In this document: one piece after another, positions 13,481 to 25,424 of the stretch
Layout: each line of letters opens with the position of its first letter
How positions within the stretch are numbered: position 1 is the first letter of the stretch
DNA from: Octopus sinensis
Taxonomy: Eukaryota
Length of the DNA stretch: 64,000 nucleotides
NCBI RefSeq assembly: GCF_006345805.1
Contig: NC_043005.1
Span: forward strand, 47,492,001-47,556,000
Direction: 5' to 3'
Made by a program: the position numbers and the translations under genes
Notes under the pieces: model-generated
Seen by the model: the letters and a program-made list of their open reading frames with translations, nothing else
Told to the model about the DNA's origin: nothing
The model's database searches: none

Positions 13481-14769
13481 TAATGAATTTACTAGTGCTT
13501 GACTGAGCATTTGAAATGATGTTCACATCATTAGCTTCCAGCTTCCTGCAAGATGTAATTTAAATATTCACATAGTCAAGCCTCTCAGTGAACTGGAGTT
13601 TGCTAGTTTCCTATCTAATACACTTACATGGCTTCCCAAAAGCCATTCTAAATATAAATCCAGATAATTAAACCAAACTTCTGAATGTTTAAAAAGGTAG
13701 AGAAAGTGAAGTGTGAAATAGTCTGGTGTATACGTTCTAAGACGACTGATTAATGGGTCCTGAGTTCAAATCTACTGCAGGTGTATTATCAGGCTTCTTG
13801 ACAGGGTTCTCAATCCAGCATTGTTATAGTTTATCCAGCTTTAGAAAAATTAATTGTAGTAAAGCTTGGAGAAGTTTTCTGTAATAGACTAGTGACCTAT
13901 CCTAGAGAAAAGTAGCATGTGAGGAAAGCACTCTATGTTCTGTTTATTGTAAGTCCCTTCATCTCATGTATTTCTCTACATTTAGTAACCTACTCTGGGG
14001 AAAATGTATTATATTAATCAAGAAAATGGTGACAAAAAAAAAACTACAATGTGATTTTAAATATTGTAGCATTATGTCATAGAATTCTATGTATTTCTGC
14101 AGTTCTGTTTGTTGAAATGACAAACAGATTCTATGTTTGTTGAATGCTGCAACACACTACAAACTTAGAGTACATTCAAACCAGACTTGTGTAAGAGTTT
14201 GTAAAAAATATAGTGGAAATGTTTTAAAGTAATGAATAAATAACAACAAAGAAATCAGGTAAAACTTCAATATGTTACAAAATCTGTTTGATATTTCATT
14301 GAAGGTTTTTTTTATTCTTTTCCACAAATAATGTTGGTCTCAGCAGATCCATGGGAGTTCAAATTTTGGGGATCCACAAGCAAAAATAGTAAAATAAGGA
14401 TCTACAGTAGTAGTTTAAGAATCCATGTAAAGGAATTTTGCTTTTATGTGTATTTATCGCAAGAAACAGCAAGATTTCTTTCTCTTACATAATTTATCAT
14501 GTTTCCAGCCACTGAAACATGTTCTCACTTGTAAGTGTAGAAAAAAAATTGAATGTAAATTTATAAAGAAACATGAATAAGGTAAATAGATTGCAGTAAA
14601 GATTAGCCATTGATGCCTAAGGACTCAAAAATTACTTAGGGCAAAGATAAATATTCCGACCTTAGTAGATAAATAGATATCTGGGAAATGATTCACTGAA
14701 AATGATGATAATGATGCTGGTGGCTGTGGCAGCTGTGGTAGCAGCGGCGATGGCAGAGGCAGTGGCAGC

Positions 14770-14985
14770 AGTCCTTTCTATTATAGGCACAAGGCCTGAA
14801 ATTTGGGGGGAGAAAATTTGTTGATTACATTGACTCCAGTGCACAACTGGTACTTATTTCATTAACATTGAAAGGATGAGAGGCAAAATCAATCTCGGCA
14901 GTATTCAAACTCAGAACATAAAAATAGACGAAATACCACTAAGCATTTTACCCAATGGGCTAATGATTTTGCTTGCTCCCCACCT
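14770..14985 (-). mobile_element. SINE family A (decayed)
   Basis: Reverse complement of the family A body, adjacent to (AAT)n. Confidence 0.75.
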
Positions 14986-15004
14986 GAATAATAATAATAA
15001 TAAC

Positions 15005-15042
<38 letters not shown>

Positions 15043-15067
15043 TAATAATAGTGATAATAATAATAAT

Positions 15068-15840
15068 TTATTCTTTTATTAGCCACAAGGCCTCACATAC
15101 AAAAACATTAAATGACATAAAGCTACATAAAAGACAAAAACAGGATGATACAATAGGTTTTCCATATGTAAACAATATAAGTGACAATAAAAAAATTAAA
15201 CAAATTGAAGCTCCTAATAGGGTAGCCACCTTAAGATCCTCATGGAAAACCCCACAAAATCCATGGGTGTCTAAATAACAGGGTAAGAGCCCTTCTCTTT
15301 TGATTCACCTTTTATAAGTGCATGCTCAGAATTTGTCCTTTCATACTGGCCGTTCTTCCAACATCCACCCACACTTCAACAAACTTGCCATAAGGCAACA
15401 CTTTCCACTCCACCATCAACTTCTTTTTCAAGTGAAACTTGTAAAAGTTGATGAGGGCTTGGTCAAAGAGACAAGTGTCTGTCTTTAGCCCATTTGAAAC
15501 GGATCCACCATACTACCTCTTTTGCTACAGCTACTAAACAAATAAAAAATTGCCTGTCCCTCCCAACCAAAAGATGGTGCCGAGGCAATCTTCACAATGG
15601 ATTCAGCTGATAGCCAGATCCATCCTACACATGACAGCAGGTGGTTCAACATAAGTCTACAGGTCAGCAATATTCAGACACTAAACTAGCATATGCAGAA
15701 TGGTTTCATCGTTCTCGGGGCACCTGTAAAGTTTATCCCGAACAGGCAGCGCTCCTTGGTAGCATTGCCAGGCAAAGGATTTCTGGAAGTTAGCCATAGG
15801 CCCTGGCCTGAAAATTCCCCGAAACAGATCGGTTAGCTGA
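15068..15840 (-). mobile_element. L1/Tx1-clade LINE 3' fragment
   Basis: Minus-strand remnants FAWQCYQGALPVRDKLYR..DETILHMLV.C (zinc-knuckle region), LSAESIVKIA, ALINFYKFHLKKKL; AATAAA next to an (AAT)n tract at the 3' end. Confidence 0.7.
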
Positions 15841-15848
15841 ACTTCATC

Positions 15849-15882
<34 letters not shown>

Positions 15883-15883
15883 T

Positions 15884-16110
15884 ATTTCTTTATTACCCAC
15901 AAGGGGCTAAACATAGAAAGGACAAACAAGGACAAAGTATTAAGTCGATTATATCGACCCCAGTGCGTAACTGGTACTTAATTTATCGACCCCGAAAGGA
16001 TGAAAGGCAAAGTCGACCTCGGCGGAATTTGAACTCAGAACGTAACGGCAGACAAAATACGGCTACACATTTTGCCCGGCCTGCTAACGTTTCTGCCAAC
16101 TCGCCGCCTT
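15884..16110 (-). mobile_element. SINE family A (young, CpG-rich copy)
   Basis: Well-preserved reverse complement of family A with CpGs retained; flanked by (AAT)n. Confidence 0.9.
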
Positions 16111-16140
16111 CATAATAATAATAATAATAATAGTAGTAGC

Positions 16141-16208
<68 letters not shown>

Positions 16209-16210
16209 TG

Positions 16211-16247
<37 letters not shown>

Positions 16248-16366
16248 CAGCAGTAGCAGTAGCAGTAGTAGTAGTAGTAGTAGTAGCAGTAGCAGTAGTA
16301 GTAGCAGTAGTAGTAGTAGTAGTAGTAGTAGCAGCAGCAGCAGCAGTGGTAGTAGTAGTAGTAATA
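16111..16366. repeat. (AAT)n/(AGT)n/(AGC)n microsatellite
   Basis: Long tagtagtag run; source of the poly-S/Y/T/V ORFs. Confidence 0.95.
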
Positions 16367-16607
16367 AAGGAAAATAATGACCAAGTTAATAATACTAACA
16401 GGATTTTGACATTAAAATCTGAATGAAGTAAAGCAAAATTAAATATTGTAAGTCTTTTAGTCTCAAGCTCTTCATTCTGATGTTCTACCATTTTCAAATA
16501 GAGAATGATAAAGGTTGCATATGTGGAGGGAGAGCATAAAAATTGAAATGACTAAGGAGACACAGTAGATGAAAACTGTTTTAAAACTCTCTCTCTCTCT
16601 CTCTTTT

Positions 16608-16990
16608 ACTCTTTTACTGCTTTCAGTCATTTGACTGTGGCCATGCTGGAGTACTGCCTTTAGTCAAGCAAATCGACCCCAGGACTTATTCTTTGTAAGC
16701 CTAGTACTTATTCTTATTCTATCGGTCACTTTTGCTGAACTGCTAAGTGACGGGGACATAAACACACCAGCATCGGTTGTCAAGCAATGCTAGGGGGACA
16801 AACACAGACACACAAACATACACACACACATATATATACATATATATGACAGGCTTCTTTCAGTTTCCATCTACCAAATCCGCACTCAAGGCTTTGGTTG
16901 GCCCGAGGCTATAGTAGAAGACACTTGCCCAAGGTGCCACGCAGTGGGACTGAAACTGGAACCATGTGGTTGGTAAGCAAGCTACTTACG
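16608..16990 (-). mobile_element. SINE family B
   Basis: CTTTTACT tail, TTTCAGTCATTTGACTGTGGCCATGCTGGAG body, head truncated at CAAGCTACTTAC. Confidence 0.9.
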
Positions 16991-17689
16991 AGGAATCTAA
17001 ATCTATAATAGGAGTTTTAGTGGGTTTTTTTGTTAAAGTAAATGCATCATTAACTTGGTATGTGCTTATCAGTTTAGCCATCAATCAAAAGTTGAAGCCT
17101 GGCCTAAATACACATACGCACAAAACACACACATGGCTGAGTGGTTAGAGTATTGCCCTTGTGATCACAAGATCCAGGTTTTGGTTCCTGAGCTCGGTGA
17201 TGTGTTGCATGCTTGAGCACAGCATCTGGATATGTGAATATCTGAATATGTGCCACATCATGCAGCTGTACAGGTAATGTTGATTTGATCACTGTAAACA
17301 AATAATTAATTAACAGAGACAGAAGCAATAGCAAAAGCAAACGGTAATAGTTATCTCCCGCTTAAAGTGAATGTCATGTTAAAAGATAAAATACTGTGTT
17401 GTTTACCATGAGGAAACGTCTCATTTGGACTTGTGGTGCATAAAACCGGTCATGTTTACATTGCAAGTGAGCAACTATGGAACCATTCACTGGAACTGCC
17501 AGATTACCGGATTTTGGCATTCCTTGGCTTTGTCAATGACAAACGTCAGATCATCTGTACAAGACATACAGCAAGAAATTGTGGAACCTCCATTTGCTGT
17601 CTACAACAGGAGAGTCTGTGATATATATACATACATACATATACACACACACACACACACATATGTATATATATATATATATACATAAC

Positions 17690-17925
17690 TTATAAATAAG
17701 GGCAAACGAAAAAATTTCTAATGCCAAATATGCCAAAATTGGAACTATTGTCCATAACCATATAATTTTTCACAATACGCACACTACTCGGAAAAAGGTC
17801 GACAGAAATTTCTAAAAAATTCCATTATTACCATATCGGACCGATTTCAGGGTTAGTTCATAAGAACCCTCCGTTCGTCAGTGATATTTGGCATTAGAAA
17901 TTTTTTCGTTTGCCCTTATTTATAA
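17690..17925. mobile_element. MITE-like element with perfect 42-bp terminal inverted repeats
   Basis: 17690-17731 TTATAAATAAGGGCAAACGAAAAAATTTCTAATGCCAAATAT is the exact reverse complement of 17884-17925; no coding capacity. Confidence 0.85.
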
Positions 17926-18019
17926 TTTTAACCTTTTTAATATGCTGGCCATTGATAAAATTTTTTTTCGAAAAAATTTTATCCTACATTAAATATATAT
18001 ATATATATATATATATATA

Positions 18020-18247
18020 CCTCTCAACTTCTGTTCTTTCAACATGTGATCTCTTGAGCACCACCAACAAATATATTTTTTTCCTCTGTCTTCCCTTCTC
18101 GGGATCTTTCCTTCTCCTTGTTTCCGACGAAGAGCTCCGCTCGAAACGTTAAACCCTCCTTCCCTTCTTTCCTGAGCATCAAATAATACTTTAATTGTTC
18201 CACGTCCTCGCGTTGCTGTGTTTTTTTCTGTGTTTTCTTGTTTGGAT

Positions 18248-18252
<5 letters not shown>
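18020..18252 (+). mobile_element. Penelope-like element terminal repeat fragment
   Basis: Carries a minimal hammerhead motif, a known feature of Penelope-like termini; flanked by (TA)n on both sides. Confidence 0.6.
18120..18154 (+). ncRNA. Minimal type I hammerhead ribozyme motif (dimer-dependent form)
   Basis: GTTT-CCGACGA-A-GAGC(TCC)GCTC-GAAA-CGT-T-AAAC: stem I GUUU/AAAC, core CUGANGA with a U4C variant, stem II of 4 bp, GAAA, palindromic ACGU in place of stem III, NUH triplet GUU. Confidence 0.7.
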
Positions 18253-18300
<48 letters not shown>

Positions 18301-19079
18301 TATATATATTTAACATATATACATACACACACATGCATGCACACAAACACACACACACACACATATATATGCATGTAATATTTGATGTTAGAGTTAAGTA
18401 ACATAAAACTTCTTTTCAAGTGTTGGGTATATATTCAAATAAAATAAGTAAACTCAGGATTTGAATTTATATTGAGTACCTTATAAAAAAAAACAGTCTT
18501 CTTAATCCTTTCGATTAAGATAATCACATTCAAACATATAAACACGACACAGACATACAGACACATATTGAATACCTGAACGAACAGATCCTTTTCCCTT
18601 TTGTCAAGTTTTAATAATGTAAATCTGAGTTAAATTGATAATACAAATACTTAATCTCCATCTTCTTCATCACTTTCATTTGCACATATGTATTTGAATT
18701 GACTGTGTGGTTAAGAAGTTGTGTCTTTGCTTTAGTGATTGTCCTTTATCTCTCTGCTTCACAACCTGTGTTGGTGTGTTTACATCCCCATAAATGAGCA
18801 GTTCAGCAAACTAGAGCGATAGAAATAGGTACCGTGCTTCAACATATAAGTAAGTACTAGGATCAGTTTGCTTGACTAAACCGGCATGGCCACAGTCAGA
18901 TGTTTGAAACAAGTAAAAAGAGAAAGGATTAAAGATATATAATCTTCAAAGCCATTTTTTAAAAATTCCTTTCAAATGCAACAAACAGGTTTTGTATTCA
19001 AATACAATAAATATTGTTAATATGGGCATGGTATCTTCCTGTTTCATCAATACTGTATGATGTAATATCAGCAAGTCTT

Positions 19080-19116
<37 letters not shown>

Positions 19117-19126
19117 CTGACACACA

Positions 19127-19492
19127 CCATTCATATCCTTTCAAACTATAATTCTCTCTCTCCATCTCCCTTTCTCTCTCTTCTTCTCACTCTTTCCCTA
19201 TCGCCTCTTCCACCTCCTCTCTCCCTCCCCGTCTCTCTCACATAGACACACACTCACACACACACACCGTTTATATCCTCTCAAACTATTTCTCTCTCTA
19301 ACTCCCTTTCTCTCTCTCTTTCTCACTCTTTCCCTATCTCTTTTTCCACCTCCTTTCCCTCCTCTCTCCCTCTCTCTCCCCCTCTCTCTCTCTCTCTCAC
19401 ACACACACACTCACACATCGTTCATATCCTCTCAAACTATTTCTCTCTCTTCTCACTCTTTCCCTATTACCTCTTCCACCTCCTCTCTCTCC

Positions 19493-19530
<38 letters not shown>

Positions 19531-19645
19531 TCGTTCATATCCTCTCAAACTATTTCTCTCTCTCCTCATTCTTTCCCTATCACCTCTTCAACCTCCTCTC
19601 ACTCTCCCCTCTCTCTTTCACACACACACACACATACTCACACAC
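19127..19645. repeat. Four-unit compound minisatellite (about 113-151 bp period)
   Basis: Anchor T(C/T)ATATCCT(C/T)TCAAACTAT at about 19131, 19271, 19422 and 19535, each followed by CT-rich then CA-rich tracts. Confidence 0.9.
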
Positions 19646-21376
19646 TCGTAATGTTTGTTTTGCCCTACTAACCAAGAGTGTAATGGCTCTGAAAACTTGG
19701 ATTCTTTTCCAAATAGCCACTTTACAATAAAATGAAGTTAAGAACTGTTAAATTGATAGAGGCTAAAGAAGTACCACTATGATTTCAATTCTTTATCTAT
19801 CGCAGATTTTGAACTAATATCCTTCAGATAACTCCTCTAACACCACTCAGTCACCACTCATACCTTAAATTCAGATTAATTTTCTCAGAAGGAAAACATC
19901 CAATTTATGAAATATTCTTCCTAATATTTTACGAAGCCTTTCAAATTAATTAGCAACGAAAATAGCCTAATGAAGACATACCTTTTCTGACTAAATGCAA
20001 TAATTATGGAATGAAATTCATCTTTTGTTATCTAAACAGGTATTCCAATATGAAATCTGGAGGAAAGCTTCAGGATGAATTAGAAAACATTCTTCTGGCC
20101 ATTGGATGACTTCAGATTGATATTAATTAACCTAGCTCGCCAATTACTCTTCGCGTATGTTGGAATTTTATCATATATTGAACATAATATGAATTTACTA
20201 TGAGCATATATCTAAACTTATAAATTAAGGTGAACAGTTCAATCTCAATTTTAGCCTCCAGTTCAAAAGAGTTTCATACACTTCAATTAGAGATGATAAA
20301 GCTTTCATATGTTCACATTATTTTTTCCCCTCTCGTTTTTGACTTGGGGATATGGTTTTGAAGTCATAGAAAGTTATGATTTAACTTTTAGAAATGACTT
20401 ATTATAGGGTTTTGATTGATTAAGTCGATACCCCTGAAGGGAAATAAAGTAAACCTTAGCAGTTATTTTCAGACTACTCTTGCCAAGTAATTTTCTTTTA
20501 TTTTTATGCTTTGAAAATGAGAAAATGGTCTTGGAAGTATGGTAAAACTAATTCACCAAAAACTTATTGTAGACATTTTCAAATTTTTACTGAAGACTTT
20601 CAATTATTTGGTGTTGTCATTAGAATCTCTATTATATTTTCAATCAAAACATTTCAATACTGTTTTGCATTCGTTCTCCTTCATGAATACGCAGCTAGAA
20701 GGGTTTGTTTGTTATTGCAATACTTTTTAAAACTTGTATGCCTTTCTAAAATTTGCATGCCTTCCTATGCCTTTCCTATAAGTAACAACCACACAAAAAT
20801 AAGGTTTTTGTTCAGTCAGATCAACCGGAACAAACTCAGTTTTGTGCCTAATCAAGGATATAATGCAGGGGTGAAGTTAGAATATGAACAATTACAATAC
20901 ATGAAGAGTAAAAAGAAACTAATAATGTTATAAATAGAGGGCTGTCTTCATTTGAAAGGTAAAATGATGCAAAGCATATTGTGACTGGCGATGTATAACA
21001 GCATCTTTAGATGCATATAAAGAATATAAGAATAGATTTCAATTTATAAGGTTATATATAATATAACCTAAAAGCACTTTAAAACAATAATAATGATACT
21101 AATAATAATAATAATTTTAATGATAATAATGATGATGATAATAATAATAATAATAATAATAACAATAATAATAATAAATTAGAAGAATTTAGAATTCAAC
21201 CGACTACTTCTGGTGGTTATTACTGCCTAGTAATTATCTACATGGACATAAAGTATGCAGAATCAATCAAAAATGGGTAGTCTATAAATAACCACTCCCC
21301 CACATAGCTAAGTACATTTGCCAACTTCAACAAACACTGCTGCTGCTGCAGCTGAATATTACCCAAACAATCAGTT

Positions 21377-21415
<39 letters not shown>

Positions 21416-21642
21416 CAATCCTAATCCAAACTAAAAGCATGGAAAAAAAACTCCACTTCGAACAATGCCATACTTATATGCCCTGAAGAGATCGTACTAA
21501 TAATGCCTAAATTGCAGCATATAAATATGCAACAATATGCAGCTAGTGTTACCAAAACACATGGGAGACAATTATTATGAATAAACTAACTGGAAATAAA
21601 CATAAAGTTTGAATGTTCAAATTTTTCCTTCTCCTTATTATC

Positions 21643-21659
<17 letters not shown>

Positions 21660-21673
<14 letters not shown>

Positions 21674-21945
21674 AATTAGAAAAAAAAACACCTTTTATCA
21701 ATTCAATAATGAAAAATTAAATTATACCATCTAGAAAATTACATATTATAGAAAGATTAAATATAAGATAAAACATACATATTCATTTTATTTATTATTT
21801 TGCACATTACTTAATCATCGTTATATGTTTTATCTTATATTTAATCTTTCTATAATCTGTAGTTTTCTAGATGGTGTAATTTAATTTTTCATTATTGAAT
21901 TGATAAAAGGTAGGTTTTTTTCTAATTTATATATATATATATATT
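21660..21945. repeat. AT-rich fold-back palindrome, arms about 120 bp
   Basis: AAATTAGAAAAAAAAACACCTTTTATCAATTCAATAATGAAAAATTAAATT... pairs with ...AATTTAATTTTTCATTATTGAATTGATAAAAGGTAGGTTTTTTTCTAATTT. Confidence 0.9.
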
Positions 21946-22034
21946 ATATTTTGTGAAATTTGATTTAGTATCTCTAAATTGAATTTTTCCCTGTAAGTTT
22001 GGAATAATATTCCCTCATATTATTATTATTATTA

Positions 22035-22080
<46 letters not shown>

Positions 22081-22104
22081 ATGTATTTATTTGTGCTAGT
22101 GTTT

Positions 22105-22710
22105 TGAGAGAGAAGTTAAGCATAAGAGAAATTGGTTGCCATGTGCAAGAGAGAAGACTGTGCTGGTTTGGTCATGTGATGTGGATGGATGCCAACAGCT
22201 CCATAAATAAGTGCTGATCTCTCAAACACATGGAACACATGGAAGTTGGATACCCAAGAAGATATAGAATGAAGTACTATAGGGCGACCTCAGGATGCTG
22301 AAACTTTCAGGTGAGATGGCAAAGGCCTGAGATGCTTGGCACCTTGCTATACTCTAGAAGACTTGTACTCCACACAGTCATTTTGGTGGTGTAAAGCACT
22401 TGTAGTGGTGTCACATAAAAGTGCCCCTATAGTGTCATGTAAAAGCACCTGTGTAGTGCCACATAAAAGCACCCATGTGGTGCCATGTGAAAGCACCCGT
22501 ATGGTGCTATGTAAAAGTGCCTGTTTGGTGCCACATAAGAAGCACCCAGCACACTCTGTAAAGCGGTCGGTGTTAGGAAGGTCATCCAGACATAGAAACC
22601 ATGCCAAATCAAACTGGTGTCTGGTGCAGCTCCCCAGCTTGCAAGCACTGGTCAAACCATCTGACCCATGCCAGCATGGACAATGAACGTTAAATGATGA
22701 TGATGATGGT
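22105..22710 (+). mobile_element. RTE-clade LINE 3' end (decayed ORF C-terminus, 3' UTR, (GAT)n tail)
   Basis: EKLSIREIGCHVQERRLCWFGHVMWMD (RTE RRLRWxGHV motif); about 21-bp GTGCCACATAAAAGCACC-like tandem units at 22390-22550; ends TTAAATGATGATGATGATG. Confidence 0.8.
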
Positions 22711-22711
22711 A

Positions 22712-23325
22712 GAGCTCTCATTGACTTCTACAAGTTTCACATGAAAAGGAAACTGAGAGTGGAGAGGGAAGTGCTATCCTTGAGTGAGTTTATTGAAAGG
22801 TGAGTGAAAGTTGTGAAAATGGCAAGTGTAAACTTGTGAGTCAGAGAGAAGGAATTGGACAGGGTACTTGCTCTTGAGGTTTCAGGGATTGAAAGAGGGT
22901 GGCTGTGCAATCATCACTATAGACTCGGCTGACAGACAGATCCTTCCCACACATGACAGCAGCTGTTCGACATAACTCCACAAGTCAGCAATGCCTAGAC
23001 ACTGAATGAGGGCATGCAGAAAGGTTTCATCACTGTGCACACCTCGAACAAGCTTGTCTGACAGCATATCCATGCCTATGGAGTTTATCTCGAACTGGTA
23101 GCACCCCTTAGTAGCACTGCAAGGCCAAGGCTATCTGGAAATTATCTATGATAGTTCTCAACCAGAAAGCCCTCCTGAACAAACTAGCCAGTTCGTTTTT
23201 GTCAGCACCCAGAGTCTCCCCAAGAATGTCATCACACTTTGCCACCACTAATCTTCTATAAATTTCTAAAGTGGAACGTCCACTAATCCCACTGCCTGAC
23301 TGGTAGAGGGCTGTGAGCACCTGAC
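22712..23325. mobile_element. L1/Tx1-clade LINE fragments in convergent orientation
   Basis: Plus strand 22712-22880 ALIDFYKFHMKRKLRVERE; minus strand 22881-23325 DETFLHALIQC..LSAESIVMIAQPPSF; both homologous to 15068-15840. Confidence 0.7.
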
Positions 23326-23377
23326 AAGTAATATAAACAACAAAAATAATGATAATAATAATAATAATGATAAATAA

Positions 23378-23935
23378 AATACCCTGATGCAGTACCAGGC
23401 AGTGGTTCTCACGGCTTCTGATTTTAACTGATTGGAGGTGTTATCATGTACATTGTTTTGCTTTGGTATAAAAGATGGGTTACAGCAAATATTTTGTTCA
23501 ATACCACAAATTTGCTTGTCACTTGCTGGACCTTAACCAGTTGAGCATGTCGCCTAGTGGCTGATGATATGTGTATCTCTGATCATGTGCAAAAGTAGTG
23601 GGGGAGCATCATAGCCATGTGTCGAGAGGAATTCTTAGGAGTTTGGATAATTCACCTTTGGAAACATGGGTGTTTTGTTCATCATCCTTAAACAACCCTT
23701 ATTCAAGGATCTTTTGAGCAAGATGGGCTACTCTACCTGAAGAAAATTCTAACTGGGCTCTACCTGCAATGTCATGCACTGTTTATCTTGATACAAGATC
23801 ACTTTGTTGTGCACACATAGTTGTTATGCATGTGCCTGGTCTAGCCTTATCAGATGGGTAGTCATGATGGGTATGCTGGGCTTTGTATATTTTACTCCAG
23901 TGTCACTTTGATGGTACGCACTGCTCTCTCACTCA
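23378..23935. mobile_element. Unclassified non-coding interspersed element embedded in (AAT)n
   Basis: About 560 bp of complex sequence bounded on both sides by (AAT)n runs; no ORF; resembles an abundant octopus repeat from memory only. Confidence 0.5.
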
Positions 23936-24159
23936 ATAATAATAATAATGATGATGATGATGATGATGATGAAAGGAGGAGGAGGAGGAGGAGGTGACAA
24001 CGAAGAAGAAAAAGAAGAAGAAAAGGTAGAGGAGAAGGAGGAGGAGGAACTAGAAGAAGAAGAAGAAGAAGAAGAAGAAGAAGAAGAAGAAGAAGCAAAC
24101 CTCAAAATAAAATAGCTGCTAATTAAATTAGTATGCACTAGTGAATTAATAATAATAAC

Positions 24160-24360
24160 AATAGAACAGTAATCTGTACATTTGGCACAACACCGAACAT
24201 GCTACCTAAAAGACCAAAACAAATTGAGATTGAAACTCTCATTGTTGACCCACAGAAAAAAAACCGTCATATATCCTGGAAGAATTGTAAGAAAGGTTCT
24301 TGAGATGTGAGGAGACTTGTTTTCACCAAACCTCAAGATAAAATACCTGCTAACTAATTA
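24160..24360 (+). mobile_element. Decayed R4/Dong-like LINE extreme 3' end
   Basis: Remnant FGTTPNMLPKRPKQIEIETLIVDPQKKT..GRIVRKVLEM* parallels the C-terminus of restriction-like-endonuclease LINEs. Confidence 0.5.
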
Positions 24361-24632
24361 GCATGCAGTAATGAAATAATAGTAGTAATAGTAATTCTTT
24401 CTAATTTTGGCACAAGACCAGCAATTTCTTAATGTGGTGGGCAGTGAATTACATTGACTCCTAATGTTGAACTGGTACTTATTCTATTGACAACAAAAGA
24501 AGGAAAGGCGAAGTCAGCTTCAGCAGAATTTGAACTCGGAATCTAAAACAGGAAGTAATTCTGCTAAGTGTGTGGTCAGGTGTGATAACGGTTCTGTCAT
24601 CTTGCTGCCTTAATAATGATAATAATAACAAC

Positions 24633-24680
<48 letters not shown>

Positions 24681-25295
24681 TGCCCAGTCCTGGCTAAGAA
24701 GGAACATATTCACAGACATGACAGAGTTAGAACCTACATACATTGGAAGCTATGCCAACATTATGGAATAACAACAGAAAAAAGATGGTATAGGCACACA
24801 CCAGAAAAGGTCACAGAAAACGAGAAAGCAACCATACTCTGGGATATGCCGATACACACAGATAGAGAAATTAAGGCCAACAGACCAGATATAGTTGTCA
24901 GAGATCATGAAGAAAAAAAATGCTTTCTAATTGATGTATCAATACCGGCTGATGACAACGTGTCTCTAAAAGAAATGGAGAAACTCTCAAAATACAAAGA
25001 CCTGGAAATAGAGGTAACTAGAATGTGGAATCTGAAAACAGAAACAATTCCTATCATAGTAGGTGCATTAGGCATGATAAAAAATATTCAGACAAATACA
25101 TAACAAAAACACCAGGACTTACAAACACATATAACATACAGAAAATTGCACTTCTAGGCACTGCACACATCCTACGCAGAACACTTTCCATACAATAACC
25201 ATCAGAGCATCACAAAAAATCACAGCACATACCCAAGGCACACAGAGCTGTGCTCGGTAGTGAAGTGAAAGCACGCTATAAAAATAAAACTACTG
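24681..25295 (+). mobile_element. 5'-truncated R4/Dong-clade LINE (restriction-like endonuclease domain) inserted in (AAT)n
   Basis: CPVLAKKEHIHRHDRV..IHWKLC, ILWDMPIHTD..ANRPDIVV..CFLIDVSIP..KLSKYKDL..IPIIVGALG; one frameshift to KIALLGTAHILRRTLSIQ* (stop at 25196-25198); (AAT)n on both sides as expected for Dong targeting. Confidence 0.9.
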
Positions 25296-25357
25296 AATAA
25301 TAATAATAATAATATAGTAATAATAATTATAATAATAATAACAACAACAACAACAAT

Positions 25358-25390
<33 letters not shown>

Positions 25391-25424
25391 TGCAGCAACA
25401 ATAACAATAATAATACTCTCTGTT

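Noticed and set aside
22390-22550. CRISPR-like short repeats with variable gaps
   Set aside because: About 21-bp diverged tandem units within an RTE 3' UTR in eukaryotic DNA; no constant repeat with unique spacers and no cas genes.
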